Position numbers and translations under genes: made by a program. Under the pieces are notes generated by a model. The model worked only from the letters and a program-made list of their open reading frames with translations, ran no database searches and had not been told where the DNA came from. DNA of 64,000 nucleotides, from assembly GCA_043228905.1 (NCBI GenBank), contig JBHGNT010000007.1, positions 992,001 to 1,056,000 of the forward strand, given 5' to 3'. The number at the start of each line of letters is the position of its first letter. Position 1 is the first letter of the stretch. This DNA is from Azolla caroliniana (taxonomy: Eukaryota; Plantae; Polypodiophyta). Below are positions 1 to 12,367 of the stretch, one piece after another.

Positions 1-2
1 AG

Positions 3-437
3 TTATTCAATAAGATGATGGTAGGAGGTGTCTTACCAGATGTGGTTACTTACCTTGTTTTGATGAGTGTGTGTTGTCACGTTGGGCTTATCGATGAGGG
101 TCAAAAAGTGTTTGATCATATGAATACTTATAATCTAAGTCCAAGTTTAGAGCACTATACATGTATGGTTGATCTTTTTGGCCGTGCTGGAGATTTCAAC
201 AAAGCGATGCACATCATTGAGAAAGTGCCATACTCGGACTGTTTGCCATTATTTCTGGTTCTTTTGGGTGCATGCCATAAATGGGCAAATGTAGAGCTTG
301 GGAGATGGGCTTTTGAACAATCAGTGGTGTTAGAGAAAAATTGTGCTTCTGCTTATGTGGCCATAGGAAATATAAATGCAGCAGCTGGGTTGCATGTAGG
401 AGCTGATTTCACCACAATGGAGTTGGAACACGGCTGA
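3..437 (+). CDS. PLS-class pentatricopeptide repeat protein, C-terminal part with E motif (5' end outside the window)
   Basis: Frame is open from base 3. Motifs: PDVVTYLVLMSVCCHVGLIDEG, PSLEHYTCMVDLFGRAG, LLGACHKWANVELGRWAFE and ASAYV..GNI.AAAG (E domain). No DYW domain before the stop. Confidence 0.92.
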   Translation, partial: LFNKMMVGGVLPDVVTYLVLMSVCCHVGLIDEGQKVFDHMNTYNLSPSLEHYTCMVDLFGRAGDFNKAMHIIEKVPYSDCLPLFLVLLGACHKWANVELGRWAFEQSVVLEKNCASAYVAIGNINAAAGLHVGADFTTMELEHG

Positions 438-1949
438 GTATGTTGAGTTCCCATCCCATCTAATAATATTGGTATCCATGGTTCGTAAAACCTTTGATAT
501 CATCCACAATGTTCACGATGAAGTTAAGCCTTGTTATCAGCATTGATCATGGCTTGTTACAATGTCATTAAACAACACCCTATTCTTTAATATGTGCTAT
601 AAACTTCTGTATATTTTTACACGTGAAGTTACCATCAATAAGATCTTGGTTAATGATAAAATAGTCTCAATATTATATTAATGTACTGATGATAAATAAC
701 AATTGTGCACAAGGTGATAGAGATTGGCATTGTAAGGGATAAATAGAAAAAAAGTCTGATTTAGTGCAAAAAGAAAAAAACTAAATCATCATTAAAAAAT
801 TACAAACTAATGCTGGAGAGTTGGGTATACATGAATTCGTATATATGCAATACATTGGCTAATTTAGTTAATCATGGATTTGTATAAAACTAATTACTTT
901 GAGAGGATCTTGGAGTTAATCTCAGATGTACTCAACATTTTAACACATATTTGGACATAAATAATGTACTGGTTTTATTATTACGATGGTACAAATTACA
1001 AGGTAAATACTTTATCCTTAAGTACTCCTATATAAGATTTAACCATTCGAGAGCGGTCCTTGTGCCAATGTATCAAGCAATGGAATATGTGTAGATTCCA
1101 TTGGGGTTGAGATTCAATATGGGTCACATGTACTAAAAAATGTAGAAATATCTATCAAGCACATAAAGAATCGTGAATGAAGATATCGAGCTCCCCTTGA
1201 TCTAGCAACATCCATAAGGTGAATGACAAGAATGTTATAAGCCCTTTGAGCATTGGCCATTGCCACCTAATAAAGAGTAGTTTGCATGTAATTGCAACAC
1301 AAGCATGACCGTTGTATACAATGGGCAGTCCATGAACATAAAATGATGTTTGTATAACTTTAGAACCATATTTGATATCTTAAATTGGAAATATTAGTAA
1401 GGCTCATGGGAATATTAAAATAAAATATGATTTTATATAAGATATGAAATTATTTTCATCAACATTTTTGGTAGAAGGTTAATAAGACCAAATCTCCATG
1501 GTTTAGGAAACTTTACGAATCTTGAAACAATATCGTAAGATGACCTTTAAGTTGCTCAATAACATTGACCATGCTTGTCACATCTCCTTACTAAGTGAGC
1601 ATCCCTAAAGTGATAGATTTATGAAATATTGAATACAATATTGCCAATAATTATTTGTGGGATCATAACTCAAATTAGTGTTCTTTTTGGGGAAAAAAAA
1701 ACAGTACACATTAGTTAGCAAACAAATTAGTGTTGATCATTAGGTGCAAGTTGCAACAAATTCAATCTAGCATAGCGGACATTTACCCCAATAAAAGAAA
1801 TGATGGGACTAGCCATTACAATAACTTAGTTTCAGATTCAAGCCTATAAAACGAGATTGTTGATAATTATGCACATCAAGGTCTTGTAGAGCACGCTATG
1901 AGGTAACCTATATATCCATTACCAAACCATAAATGGAGGGGACACGAAC

Positions 1950-2950
1950 ATTGCATTACATCTATCTATTAATTCTTGAACTCTTAACTCATCTTGTAAA
2001 CCCTCCTACAAATTGTCTCAAAACTTTGCAAACATGTTCAAGAAACCAAAAGATAAACCAAAGGGGCTATCTCCCTAATAAAGGTTGGAAACCAACTAGA
2101 GCTATTTGATGTGCAAATTACAAGACAAATCGAAAATCATATGATGATGCATACCTTAGGCACATATACATTATCAATATTTTAGAACAAGTATACCTCA
2201 TCATGCATTACATATATATGATCCAACAAACTCCATGTTGATTAACATTGCATAGATTGAAAGGTATAACCAAGAACTATTCTATGAATCCAACTTCACT
2301 AATCGTACTTCAATGACTTCTACTATGAACAAATATCAAGTCTCTCTTTCTAGATTATCCATTGAACTATGTATTTATTTTTGAGGTGAATTTGACAACA
2401 TATTAAAATTACCGAGCAACCACTCGTACAAGATGTAAGCATCACCAATAGTTGAATGGCATCATTTGGTGCATAAATGCTGGCAAGCCATATTGTTTCC
2501 CCTTTGTCTTTCCCAATGCAATTGAGGAGAAATGAACACATTCAATGGAGAAGAAATCAAATGTCAGGTTCTCACAAAATACATCTTTGAAACATTGGTG
2601 ACACTAATGCTTCTCTATGGGGTGACAACATTCCAATGTTTATTTGGAAAGAGTTTACAAATAAACTCAATACATATTCCACATTGAAATATAAGATGAA
2701 TAGCAACACTAGCAAAATTATCCATAAACTCATGAAAATTTATCAAACTCATCCATATAAGGGGCTTTCGCTTGCATTTAAGAGATGTTGTGTTTTGATA
2801 ATTGATTTACTATTTATAAATCAATAAAACACTCTACTTGTCATGAAAGTGGGAAATTCATTATATAAAAGAATTTGTAGTTTTGACTAGACATTCGTTT
2901 CCACATTATCATTCACATTAATGTCTCCTACATTATCTAGAAAACACTAG
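1950..2950 (-). mobile_element. highly degenerate LINE (L1-like) remnant
   Basis: Minus-strand fragment WLASIYAPND resembles the IYAPN motif of L1 endonucleases. The rest is riddled with stops; boundaries are approximate. Confidence 0.3.
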
Positions 2951-4608
2951 CAAACCATAGTTTGATCATAGCAAATGGAAATATTTTCTATTTTATTATT
3001 TTGTTGACATGCTAGAAGTTCTACATACAAAGGAGTGACGATGGTGGTACCCGTTCGATTCTCTACTAACATAAATATGCATGTCAATGTGTTGGCTAGG
3101 TAAATACGATTGAGGGTCTTCCTTGTGTGGTGTGTCCATGCATGATTCAACATGCATTCGATGCAATCCATTTATTGGTCATTTGATTTTTTGTACTGGT
3201 TCAATTTTAACGGTTTCGGTTTCATGGTTTAAATGTTTGGCTTGGTTTAAGTTTCAAAATTTATAAATGGTTCGGTTTTAAATAGTTTGAGTTTGACACT
3301 CTCGAACTGAACCGAACCGTTGCCGATTGTTACACGCCACCAAACATCTATAAGGCTCATCTCACCTCATAGAAACCATATAGGTGTGGGTATTTGGCTA
3401 TTCTACCCATCTCAACTTTTCAATCAATTTATAAATAAAACTTGTGAGTTGTTTTGTCATTGGCCCAAATGTGGACATACGGGAAACAACAAATGAAACA
3501 ACTCACACAACCCATGATATAATTGACATAAGTTCATGAAAATACCAGTCACGCATGCTCTTCATTACAACCACCATGCTTGAAGGTTCTCAAAAAAAGT
3601 ATCCAAAGAAAGAAGTTGTATCACATGTGACAAGGCTTGTTTTTTGTTAAGGAGGCCTAAACTTTCTCCACTTTCTTGTTGTGTATAGGAAGTTGACCAC
3701 ATCGCTCATGAATTCCCAAATAGATTAACCACCCTAAACAACTAATTGTTTTGAATATTATGGAAGTCATTTGAACTTGTTAAGTTTAGAAGAATGGTTC
3801 CTTTTGAGGAAGGAGTTCCTTCTCAAAGAAATCGTCAAAGTTGGCCCAAGTTTAGGGTTGATCCAAATCATTGGAGCTCATCCACCATTTATAAGCCTTC
3901 ATGTTGGTAAAAGGCTTGCCTAAACAAGCATAATGGTATCAAGTCAGGTAACGCAATGTATGCAAATCCATCCATTTTTAGAGGAATGCTAAGCTAGTAT
4001 TGTTGATAAGGCAACACTTGCCCTAAGAAGGAAGGCAACTTTACTATCTTTACATACTATCCACCACCTTGAACATATCTAGAGGGGCTTTGATGGAACA
4101 TATCTAGAGGGGCTTTGATGTTGCATTCATAATGAATATTGATGGCTTTGTTCACATTTCATTTATAAATAATGATGAAGTTGAGCATTTTGGCTTCTCC
4201 CTTGTATTGAGCATCTGCCACATATGTTCAATCACTTTGACAACAACTATCAAACCATATGCATTGACCAAAACTCCCATTTGACCAATGATATGCTCTT
4301 TTTAGCTCAACACCTAGACAAAACTACTCACATTGTGTGACATGCATAACTATAACTGATCATGAAATAGACTTTCTATAGTTTTCCCTATTCTTATGAT
4401 GAGTACATGTGGATTAATTATGAAACGAACGAGGATATAAGTTAGAGTATGTTCAATTCTACTGTGTGGGATAACTATTAAGTGTGTTATCACTTGACCA
4501 CTTCGCATAAAGTAGTCAAGTGTGAATATGCTATGGCTTAGGGTTTCTACCTATATATCAATGGGACAATCATACGGTCGATATTGAGGAAGAGTATTAG
4601 CTTTTACC

Positions 4609-5225
4609 TTATCAAAAACATCGGTATAATGGTGATACGTCTTTGGAAGTTAAAGATGTTGACTCCTTGATGATATTTGATGGCTTCATTGATGCTGCAA
4701 ATAAAAACATTGGTTCCTTTCGTCCTTCCTTACGTAATTGATTTAGCGAAATGGTTGGAATTCTATGAGTGGATGCTTGAGATTTCCGATACTTGATTTC
4801 TCTCATTGTCCCCTTATAAAAAACATCGGCATAATGGTGATACTTCTCTAGAAGTTATATTGTTGACTCCTCCTTAATGATGTTGGAAGGCTTCTTTGAT
4901 GCTACAAATAAAAACATTAATTCCTTTCGTCCTTCCTTACGTAATTGATGTAGCGAAATGGTTGGAATTCTGTGAGTGGATGCTTGAGATTTCCAATACT
5001 TGATTTCTCTCATTGTCCCCTTATCAAAAACATCAGCATAATGGTGATACTTCTCTGGAAGTTAAATTGTTGACTTCTCCTTAATGATACTGGAAGGCTT
5101 CATTGATGTGGCAAATAAAAACATTGGTTCCTTTTGTCTTTCCTTACGTAATTGATGTAGCGAAATGGTTGGAATTCTATGAGCGGATGCTTGAGATTTT
5201 CGATACTTGATTTCTCTCATTGTCC
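4609..5225. repeat. three tandem ~206-bp copies inside the gypsy PR-RT linker
   Basis: Unit 'ttatcaaaaacatc..atggtgatac..gatttctctcattgtcc' starts at ~4609, ~4814 and ~5021. Confidence 0.9.
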
Positions 5226-6444
5226 AATCGATTTCGGGGTTGTGTAACTCAAACCATGGTAAACCCAAGACAATTGGATGTTCAGGGCTACTACTTATAT
5301 TAAATGGTATTACACATGCCAAATTATCTAGGACAACACGAACCGGCTATGACTCTTCTACGGTATTTCCAAAAGCAATGGGGCAACCATCAATGAATAC
5401 TATGGAAGCTGGGCAAGGAAGTTTTCTTAGAGATATCTGATGATCTTGATCAAAATTCCTATCCATGAAGCAAGAATTCACCCCAATATCTAGGAGTGCT
5501 AAAACATGTATTGAACGGTTGCTTGTAGTACTAACTTCTACTTGAGCTAAGAACACCTTGACAACTTGCTTAGAAGAAATGAAACCACTAATGGGCTACA
5601 CGGATCCAGTTGTCCAACCAAACGACTCCTATTTTGGCCGGACTTAATAATTTAACTCTTCTTCTAGTTGGCTAAGGACATCAAATTTGTTTGATACTTG
5701 GACTACTAGGATTATCAAACACTCCTAATGAAATAGACTCGGGTTTAGTAACATCAACTACTTGATTTAACTATAGTCTTGGCCTATGGGGACAATTTCC
5801 TGCAATATGCCCTGGACCGCCGCAATATACACATAGGCTATTTGCTCGGCATCGTTGTTTTTCTTCTTCCGATAATGGTCCACAATGACGTGTTGTGTCG
5901 ATTCCATTGGTGTTGGCGTATTTGCAGAGGACGCATTATATGATTCCTTTGGGAAAGGTGTTGCTATGATTGATGCATACGTGGGGTCCAAATTTGTCCT
6001 TGGCATTTGTAGTTGTTGTTCTGAATGTCATTCGAAAAGATGATTATTGCATCGTACCGCTCAACTGATTGCCTTCGTGAGCAACTTTGGTTTTTTGTAA
6101 AAGTCAGGAGTAAATCTTTGATGTCATTGCGTAGGCCAAACCGAAATTGTTCCATCAATGGTTGGTCGTCCCATGGGATATCGATTATGAGTAGACGGAA
6201 ATGTGTGGCATAAACTGAGGCGAGACAATATCCTTGACATGGTCTTCGGATTTTATTGATTATTGTCCTAACACTATCGGTATCTCCAAAACACACTTTG
6301 AACTTACTAATAAACTCCTCGAAATTATTTAGCAAAGGAAATCCTTTTTCTAATAAAGTAGTGAACTGTGCTAATGTTGTATCACCAAGTAATGTGCCTA
6401 TGAGCCTACCCGTGATGCATTGGTTGGATATCGGGAAGGATTAA

Positions 6445-7700
6445 TGTTAAGGATCTATATATCGATGGAGTAAGCTCCTCTATGTTGTGGCGGGATTCGG
6501 ACTGGCGTATACCCTCTTGATGGCGAATCGGGCGGAGATGGTTGTTGGATACCTCCGAGCCTCACACTCACTTAACGATTAGTAAATGATTGAGCACGAT
6601 ATCTCTCTCACTCTCTCAAGCTCTCTCTCATAGACAATAGGTTAATAAATATAAACAATAAGAAGGAAGAGTATGTTTATTAACCCTCTTTGCTAAGAGG
6701 TCTAGCACCAACAAGGAGAGAGATTAGTGTTCTTTAACTAAACACCTCACTAATCTCTCTTAACCTCAAAGGTTACAAGAAGGAGGAGAGGAAGCTCTAG
6801 CTCTAATCAATAGGAGATCTTTACAAATGGGAGAACCCTCACAAAGCCACCACTATGTGGTTTATATAGCATTCACGTTGTCGCGAAGATTCGCGCGTGC
6901 GTGTGCTACTTGAGCGACCACCGGGGTCTTGGACTGGGGAGGACGTTCGCGGAATTATCGAAGAGATGACGATCAATGTAAAATTGGATGAAATTTGTTC
7001 ACTTGAGAAGAAGAAAGATTCTACACTTGAGAAGTAGAAAAATATGAAGAAGATAAAGACAAATATAATTATATTGATGATAGTGGTGTTGGTGATATCA
7101 CATATTGAGCCCTGGGCCCCTTACACAAGCCCAACTAGAGGCTTTTATAGGTCTTTCCATGCTTGTGACATGCACAAAACCATGGGCTAAAACCATGGTT
7201 TTGTGCACATGGTTTTGCTTATGTCATGCACAAACCATGGGTTTAGAACCATGGTTTTGTGCACATGGTTTTCTAATGGTTGTTTCATCTATAATTCATA
7301 TATGAAAAGTAAATACATAAAATCTACACTATATGATAGTTGTCCTAGTGGTGATAGTTGTCCTAGTGGTAAGGCAATTATCTTATATCTTTAGAGGTGC
7401 AAGGTTCAAACCTTGCTTGCACCCCTTTGTATGAACTCAATTGCCACTAGGCCTTTGCAGGCTTATTTGCTAAGTGTATGTGCAATGTTGCACATCCTTG
7501 GTTTATTCGTCTCACTCGGTTTCACACCGTAGCCGAAAATCGTCACGGCAACGTTTAGGGTATGGGCCTTTCACACTTGGACGTCCCTTAGCCTCTTTTC
7601 CTCTTGCCGTTTCCTCTTCGTAGGTCCTTCAACACGTACTACGTCCTTGTTGATGCGCTCTTCTTCATGACTGGTTGTGGTGCAATCCAAACGCTTAACA
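6445..7700 (-). mobile_element. solo LTR (1256 bp) inserted in gag of the gypsy remnant
   Basis: Termini TGTTAA...TTAACA, with 5-bp TSD ATTAA at 6440-6444 and 7701-7705. gag continues across the junction once the insert is removed. TATA-like motifs lie on the minus strand. Confidence 0.9.
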
Positions 7701-8030
7701 ATTAATTTGAATAACCAAGCATACTAGGTTAAGGAACCCTCTGAACTGTGATCGTGTTCCATCAAACTTCATGGGAAGACCAATCGTGGGCTATTTAGGA
7801 ATCCCTTGAGTACTCAGTCCTTCTTGTTGTAGTGATACGATACTTGCTTCTAATTGTTGTACTCGTAATGTCAATTCCCCATGTTGTTGTTGCTTTTCTA
7901 TGGTAATTTGTTGTAGATCCCCCAACAGACATTGATTTTCTTGTTCTAGTGTGACGAACTTTTCTTTCGAGCACTGAAGCTCCGAGATGACATATTGATA
8001 TTCTTGTGCACTAACAGAGGCCATTAGGAC

Positions 8031-8219
8031 TAGAGGGAAGAAGGTTAAGAAGATAAGGACTAGAGGATTGGAGGATAAGAAGAAAGAAAATTCGGTTCAA
8101 ACTATCGGAAGTAGTACTATGGGTAGAGAGGATTAGTACTAGAGATAGAGGAAAGAGAGTGAGAGAGTATTGTTGGGATTAGTACAAGATGTAGAGAGGA
8201 GGGAAAGACTGTGTGGGAA

Positions 8220-8261
<42 letters not shown>

Positions 8262-8712
8262 TAACAAGAAGTATATTATATGATGAAGATTACAAGGATG
8301 GCTAAGAGGCTTAAGACTAGCGTTGAACCGAATTGGTGTTGAATAGTGTCATATGCCTCTATTTATAGCATTCTTAGGAGTATTCTTGAAGTTTCTAAAA
8401 TGTTCTAGACAAATGAAAATATACACAAATGTTCTAGACTAATCTAGAATATACATAAATTTTTTGTAATGAAATAACAAATGAAAATACTATTTTTTTG
8501 TGTTTTAATGAATAACTTAATGGCATGGCCTCAACTTGTGTATCACAAGGTCATGAGTTCAATTCCTTTCAAGGTTATGAGAAGGGGCTTGACTTATGTT
8601 GAGGCTATGAGAGTGTAGCTATGGCTCATGTTAAGTAAGCACGTACGACTCCCATTAACCCTCAATGGTATATGGGACATCGAGGATGTTCGGTTCCGTA
8701 TCACGCTGTTAC
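8031..8712 (-). mobile_element. probable 5' LTR/leader of the gypsy remnant
   Basis: Lies immediately upstream of gag. Minus-strand ctataaatagag TATA box at ~8357-8368 and a (CT)n tract. No partner LTR found; the outer end is uncertain. Confidence 0.4.
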
Positions 8713-10386
8713 TAGGGGAAGTTGGGTGGTTTGACATCCATCTTTAATTTCTTTGGTCTACAATTCCTTATGTTTTGCTTAATTAATTAGTTAGACTCTA
8801 ACACATTTTGCCCTTGCCTAATAACATAATGTTGTAATAGGGTGTTTTGATATCTAACTTTCCAATTTAAGATAGTATAATACTTTGCTTGTATGATGTC
8901 AAATTTCTCCAGTTGATTCTTGAATTTAGATATATACAAATTAGCACTTAAAGAATCCTTGACTAATGTATAATGTGCATACCACATGTTAGAATGTGAA
9001 TCATTGTATTTTGGGATAGTCATAAGGTATTAATATGTATTGGTTTAAAACATAATTTGAGGACTAGATATTTAACATATCAACTAGATATGCTACGTTG
9101 TGAATTCAATTCAATTGCAAGTCATAGTGTAATGTCCTTATAAATAACATATGGTAGTATCAAAGAAAAAGTTTAAATTACTACAAAGATTTTGTGATGG
9201 ATCTTGAAATTAGCATGGAAACATTGAAGTTGTATGCAACAACATGGACCATGGTCATATTCTTGATCAACTTGTCCACCACCTCCAAGGATTTTGTTGT
9301 CCATTCATTGGGAGGACATTAATGATTTGAGGACAATTTATTGATCCTCGGCCCTCACATAGAGAAGCACCATCAATCCTCATCATATTAGTCCTTGATC
9401 TTAGCAAAATTTTAAACATAGTGAGGTTTTTTGCTATGGAAATCGTACTATGTTGATCTGCCATCTAAAAATTAAGAGCTAATGTATTTCTTTACTAGTC
9501 AGCCATGGTTCCAATTGGCACCTCACAATGCTAATGTGTATTGTGATTCCGATGTACTAGTGAGTACCAAGGGATATTGCCATGATCCTCATTGTATTTG
9601 CATTGAAGAGACATGATGAAGTATTTGAATAATCGTATAACGTCCTACTTTTAAATGCTAATTTCTAAACATAGATTTATCTACCTTGTCTTTTTGCTTG
9701 CTAACATTATTTTGTGGGTTATTTATTGGTTTTTAAAGACACATTTCTAACTCGAATTGAAGCCATTAATGTCCAAGAAAGGTTCTCAACAAGCTCCAAC
9801 ACCGAAAGGACAAGGTATTCAATTGAACTAGGGCACCAATGCTTTTTCCGAGACGAGAAGGCATTGCATAGAACACGAACGACTCCCTTGGCGACAAAAC
9901 ATTTATGGTTTTAGCTTGCTTCAACTAAGCGTGCTCATAGGTCATGCAATAGTAGATCTTTCAAGAGACACTCGAGGAGATCATTGCCTTCACTAAGTGT
10001 ATGTAAAGAGAGTGTGACATGGTGGCCTCTCTTAAGTGTATGTATCATAGTAACATAAGGGGCTCTCTAAGTGTCGTAGACTCGTAGTGTAGCTAGTTTA
10101 GTAAGTTGTGTACCTAAAACATACATACATATAGTACATCTATGGATGTATCTATGCATGCATGCATGTATGTATGTATGTATGTATGTATGTATGTTGT
10201 TGGTAGCCGTTAGTGGTAGGCCAAAACCTGTACACATACATATTCCCGGCGCCATATGTGAGTGAGTATAGTATACATTTTATGTATATAGAAGAGAGAA
10301 AACAGAGGAAATCCAGAGGGGCAAAGAACAACATCCCTGCGTTAGCTAATTAATTAGTCATCAATCCATCTCAGCGTTTTTTAATC

Positions 10387-10690
10387 ATGGCCTCCTACAA
10401 CACTACGAGTGCCAAGAGATGTGATGATCAATCTGAGATGAAGCAATCCTCTGCTCCTAATCGCAAGCATGTTCTCTTGGAAAGCAAGAAGCAGAACACT
10501 TGTGCTGGCTTGATCAATAATCGCACTATTAACCCTAGTCCCGCTGATCATGTAAGCCTCTTCAAAGCTCAGAAGAATCTAGTACCGGACTCATGTAACA
10601 ACAATCCGTCTCAGATCGAAACCCATGGTTCCTCTGTTTCTACTACTAGTGATACCAGATCAAAGGTCACAACAGGATTTCCTGCAGGAA
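10387..10690 (+). CDS. possible first coding exon of an unknown gene
   Basis: TATA-like tatgtatatag at ~10280, a hydrophilic Ser/Asn/Lys-rich ORF, and a candidate donor GAAG|GTTAGT at 10690. No domain recognised and no downstream exons resolved. Confidence 0.3.
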
Positions 10691-12367
10691 GGTTAGTGCT
10701 GATGATATCCTCTTCTAACTGTCTTCTGTGTTTATAATGTTTTAGGAAGAAATAAACTGAATTTTTCGTTATTTTCATGCGAATGCCCCTTAGTTTTTGT
10801 TATTCTCCCAAATGCCCCTGGGGGGTTTATGTAGAAACTCATATGATGGTCCAATTCATCACCCCCTCTTTCTTTAGCTCTTTTGGGGTGGAAGAAGGGG
10901 TTTGGTGTGTGTATGTCCAAGGGCATTTGGGGTGATAACGGAAATTTAGTTAGAGATTATCCGAAGGGCATTCGGAGAATTGTCGAAGCACATTCCCGGA
11001 AGATGCCTACAACTTCTTCACAAAACAATTTTCATGGAACTTTATAATGGAATTGATGGACACCCTTTTATTAATGCGTTGATGGTAGTAGGTACAATAG
11101 CCCTACAGATAGCCTCATCTCACCCGTCTCCAAAGGATTGCTCAGAAGAGGCAAGACTAGAGCTTATCATTATTTGAGGAGCTCACCTCGTGAGCCCCCA
11201 TCACATGTCTCATTGGTTCCACCCAAGGTACCTACATATATATATATATATATATGTTTTCTTCCTAACAACATTCTATTCCATTAGATGAGGACAAAGG
11301 TCAATAGGTATTATTAACAAAACTCCTATTCTTGTTGTGTGTATGGGCAGGTATTGGACAATTCCTATGACATTTGACAAAGACTAATGTTGTGGGTTCA
11401 ATTTGTCTCTACAAAATTTGGCCAATCCATAGCTACAACTACCACCACTATTACTAGTATATACTTCTAAAAATGATATGCTTAAATATATATATATATA
11501 TGTCACTGCTCTGGAATCATCAATCAATCAATCATCATCATCAATTAATGATGATCTTTTTGTCTTGCTTTCTTTGAAAGAGAGGACCTTAAAATCACCA
11601 AATATGGGTACTCTATTTTGTAAGAAGTATATTTTGTATAGAAATTGAGATGTTTGGAGCTCTTTCTCTGTAGTGTAAACGCTGAAAAAGATATGTACGA
11701 TTCTAAGTTTGCCTATTCTTCCACGGTTTCTTACTTAGCTTTACACATCAAGCATGGACGAATCGCATGTGCACATATATATGTATATGAACACTACATA
11801 GAGTGCATTGTACAAAATAAGATAAACTTGATTATATAGCAGTCTATAGTGTGAAGATGGAGATTCTCAATTATTGCTTACATGTTACGCGCATAACTAT
11901 AACTTATATCGTGATAATTTTGATTATAGTTTATGCTTATGTGAGGATAAGAGTATGCGTATTGATTTGTGTTAACATGATCATTAATTATGATTCATTC
12001 AGGATGAGGAACAGCTTTGATTAATACTAAAATTTTGACAGATTACAAGTGTCTTGAATAAGAGATTACAAACAACATTCTAGTGCTAGATTGATTAACA
12101 GAGTTACAGACAGCCCTACATTACTATCATGATCACAGTATAAAGTCTACTAATAGGAGGAAGAGGAGGAGGAGGATTGGGAAGCATCCTAACCAAAGGG
12201 CAGAGGAGAATTAAGTAACAATGCAAATGCAGGATGTGAGAGATGCATAATGTTGTATGAGAGACTATACTAATGCTATTGCAGGGAGTAATTACAATAT
12301 GCTGCACATCTGTAGATGGGATGGTTAGCCATGGATGGGATGGGATGGGATGGGAGGATAATGGCAA

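Larger units (their letters stand above)
4555..8030 (-). mobile_element. degenerate, truncated Ty3/gypsy element of chromovirus (Tcn1-like) type: gag, protease and start of RT
   Basis: gag N-terminus at 8024 (..PMKFDGTRSQFRGFLN) resumes at 6444 (..LLNNFEEF..FRFGLRNDIKD). Protease ALLDIGVNSCFMD, then PIVLGLPWFELHNPEIDW, then RT start DVFDKVKANTLPQYRPYDCPIDI, truncated at ~4555. Confidence 0.85.

Noticed and set aside
10741-11000. Imperfect inverted repeat (aaatgcccct / agggcattt) as a MITE
   Set aside because: Arms match only in short blocks, and no termini or TSD could be defined.
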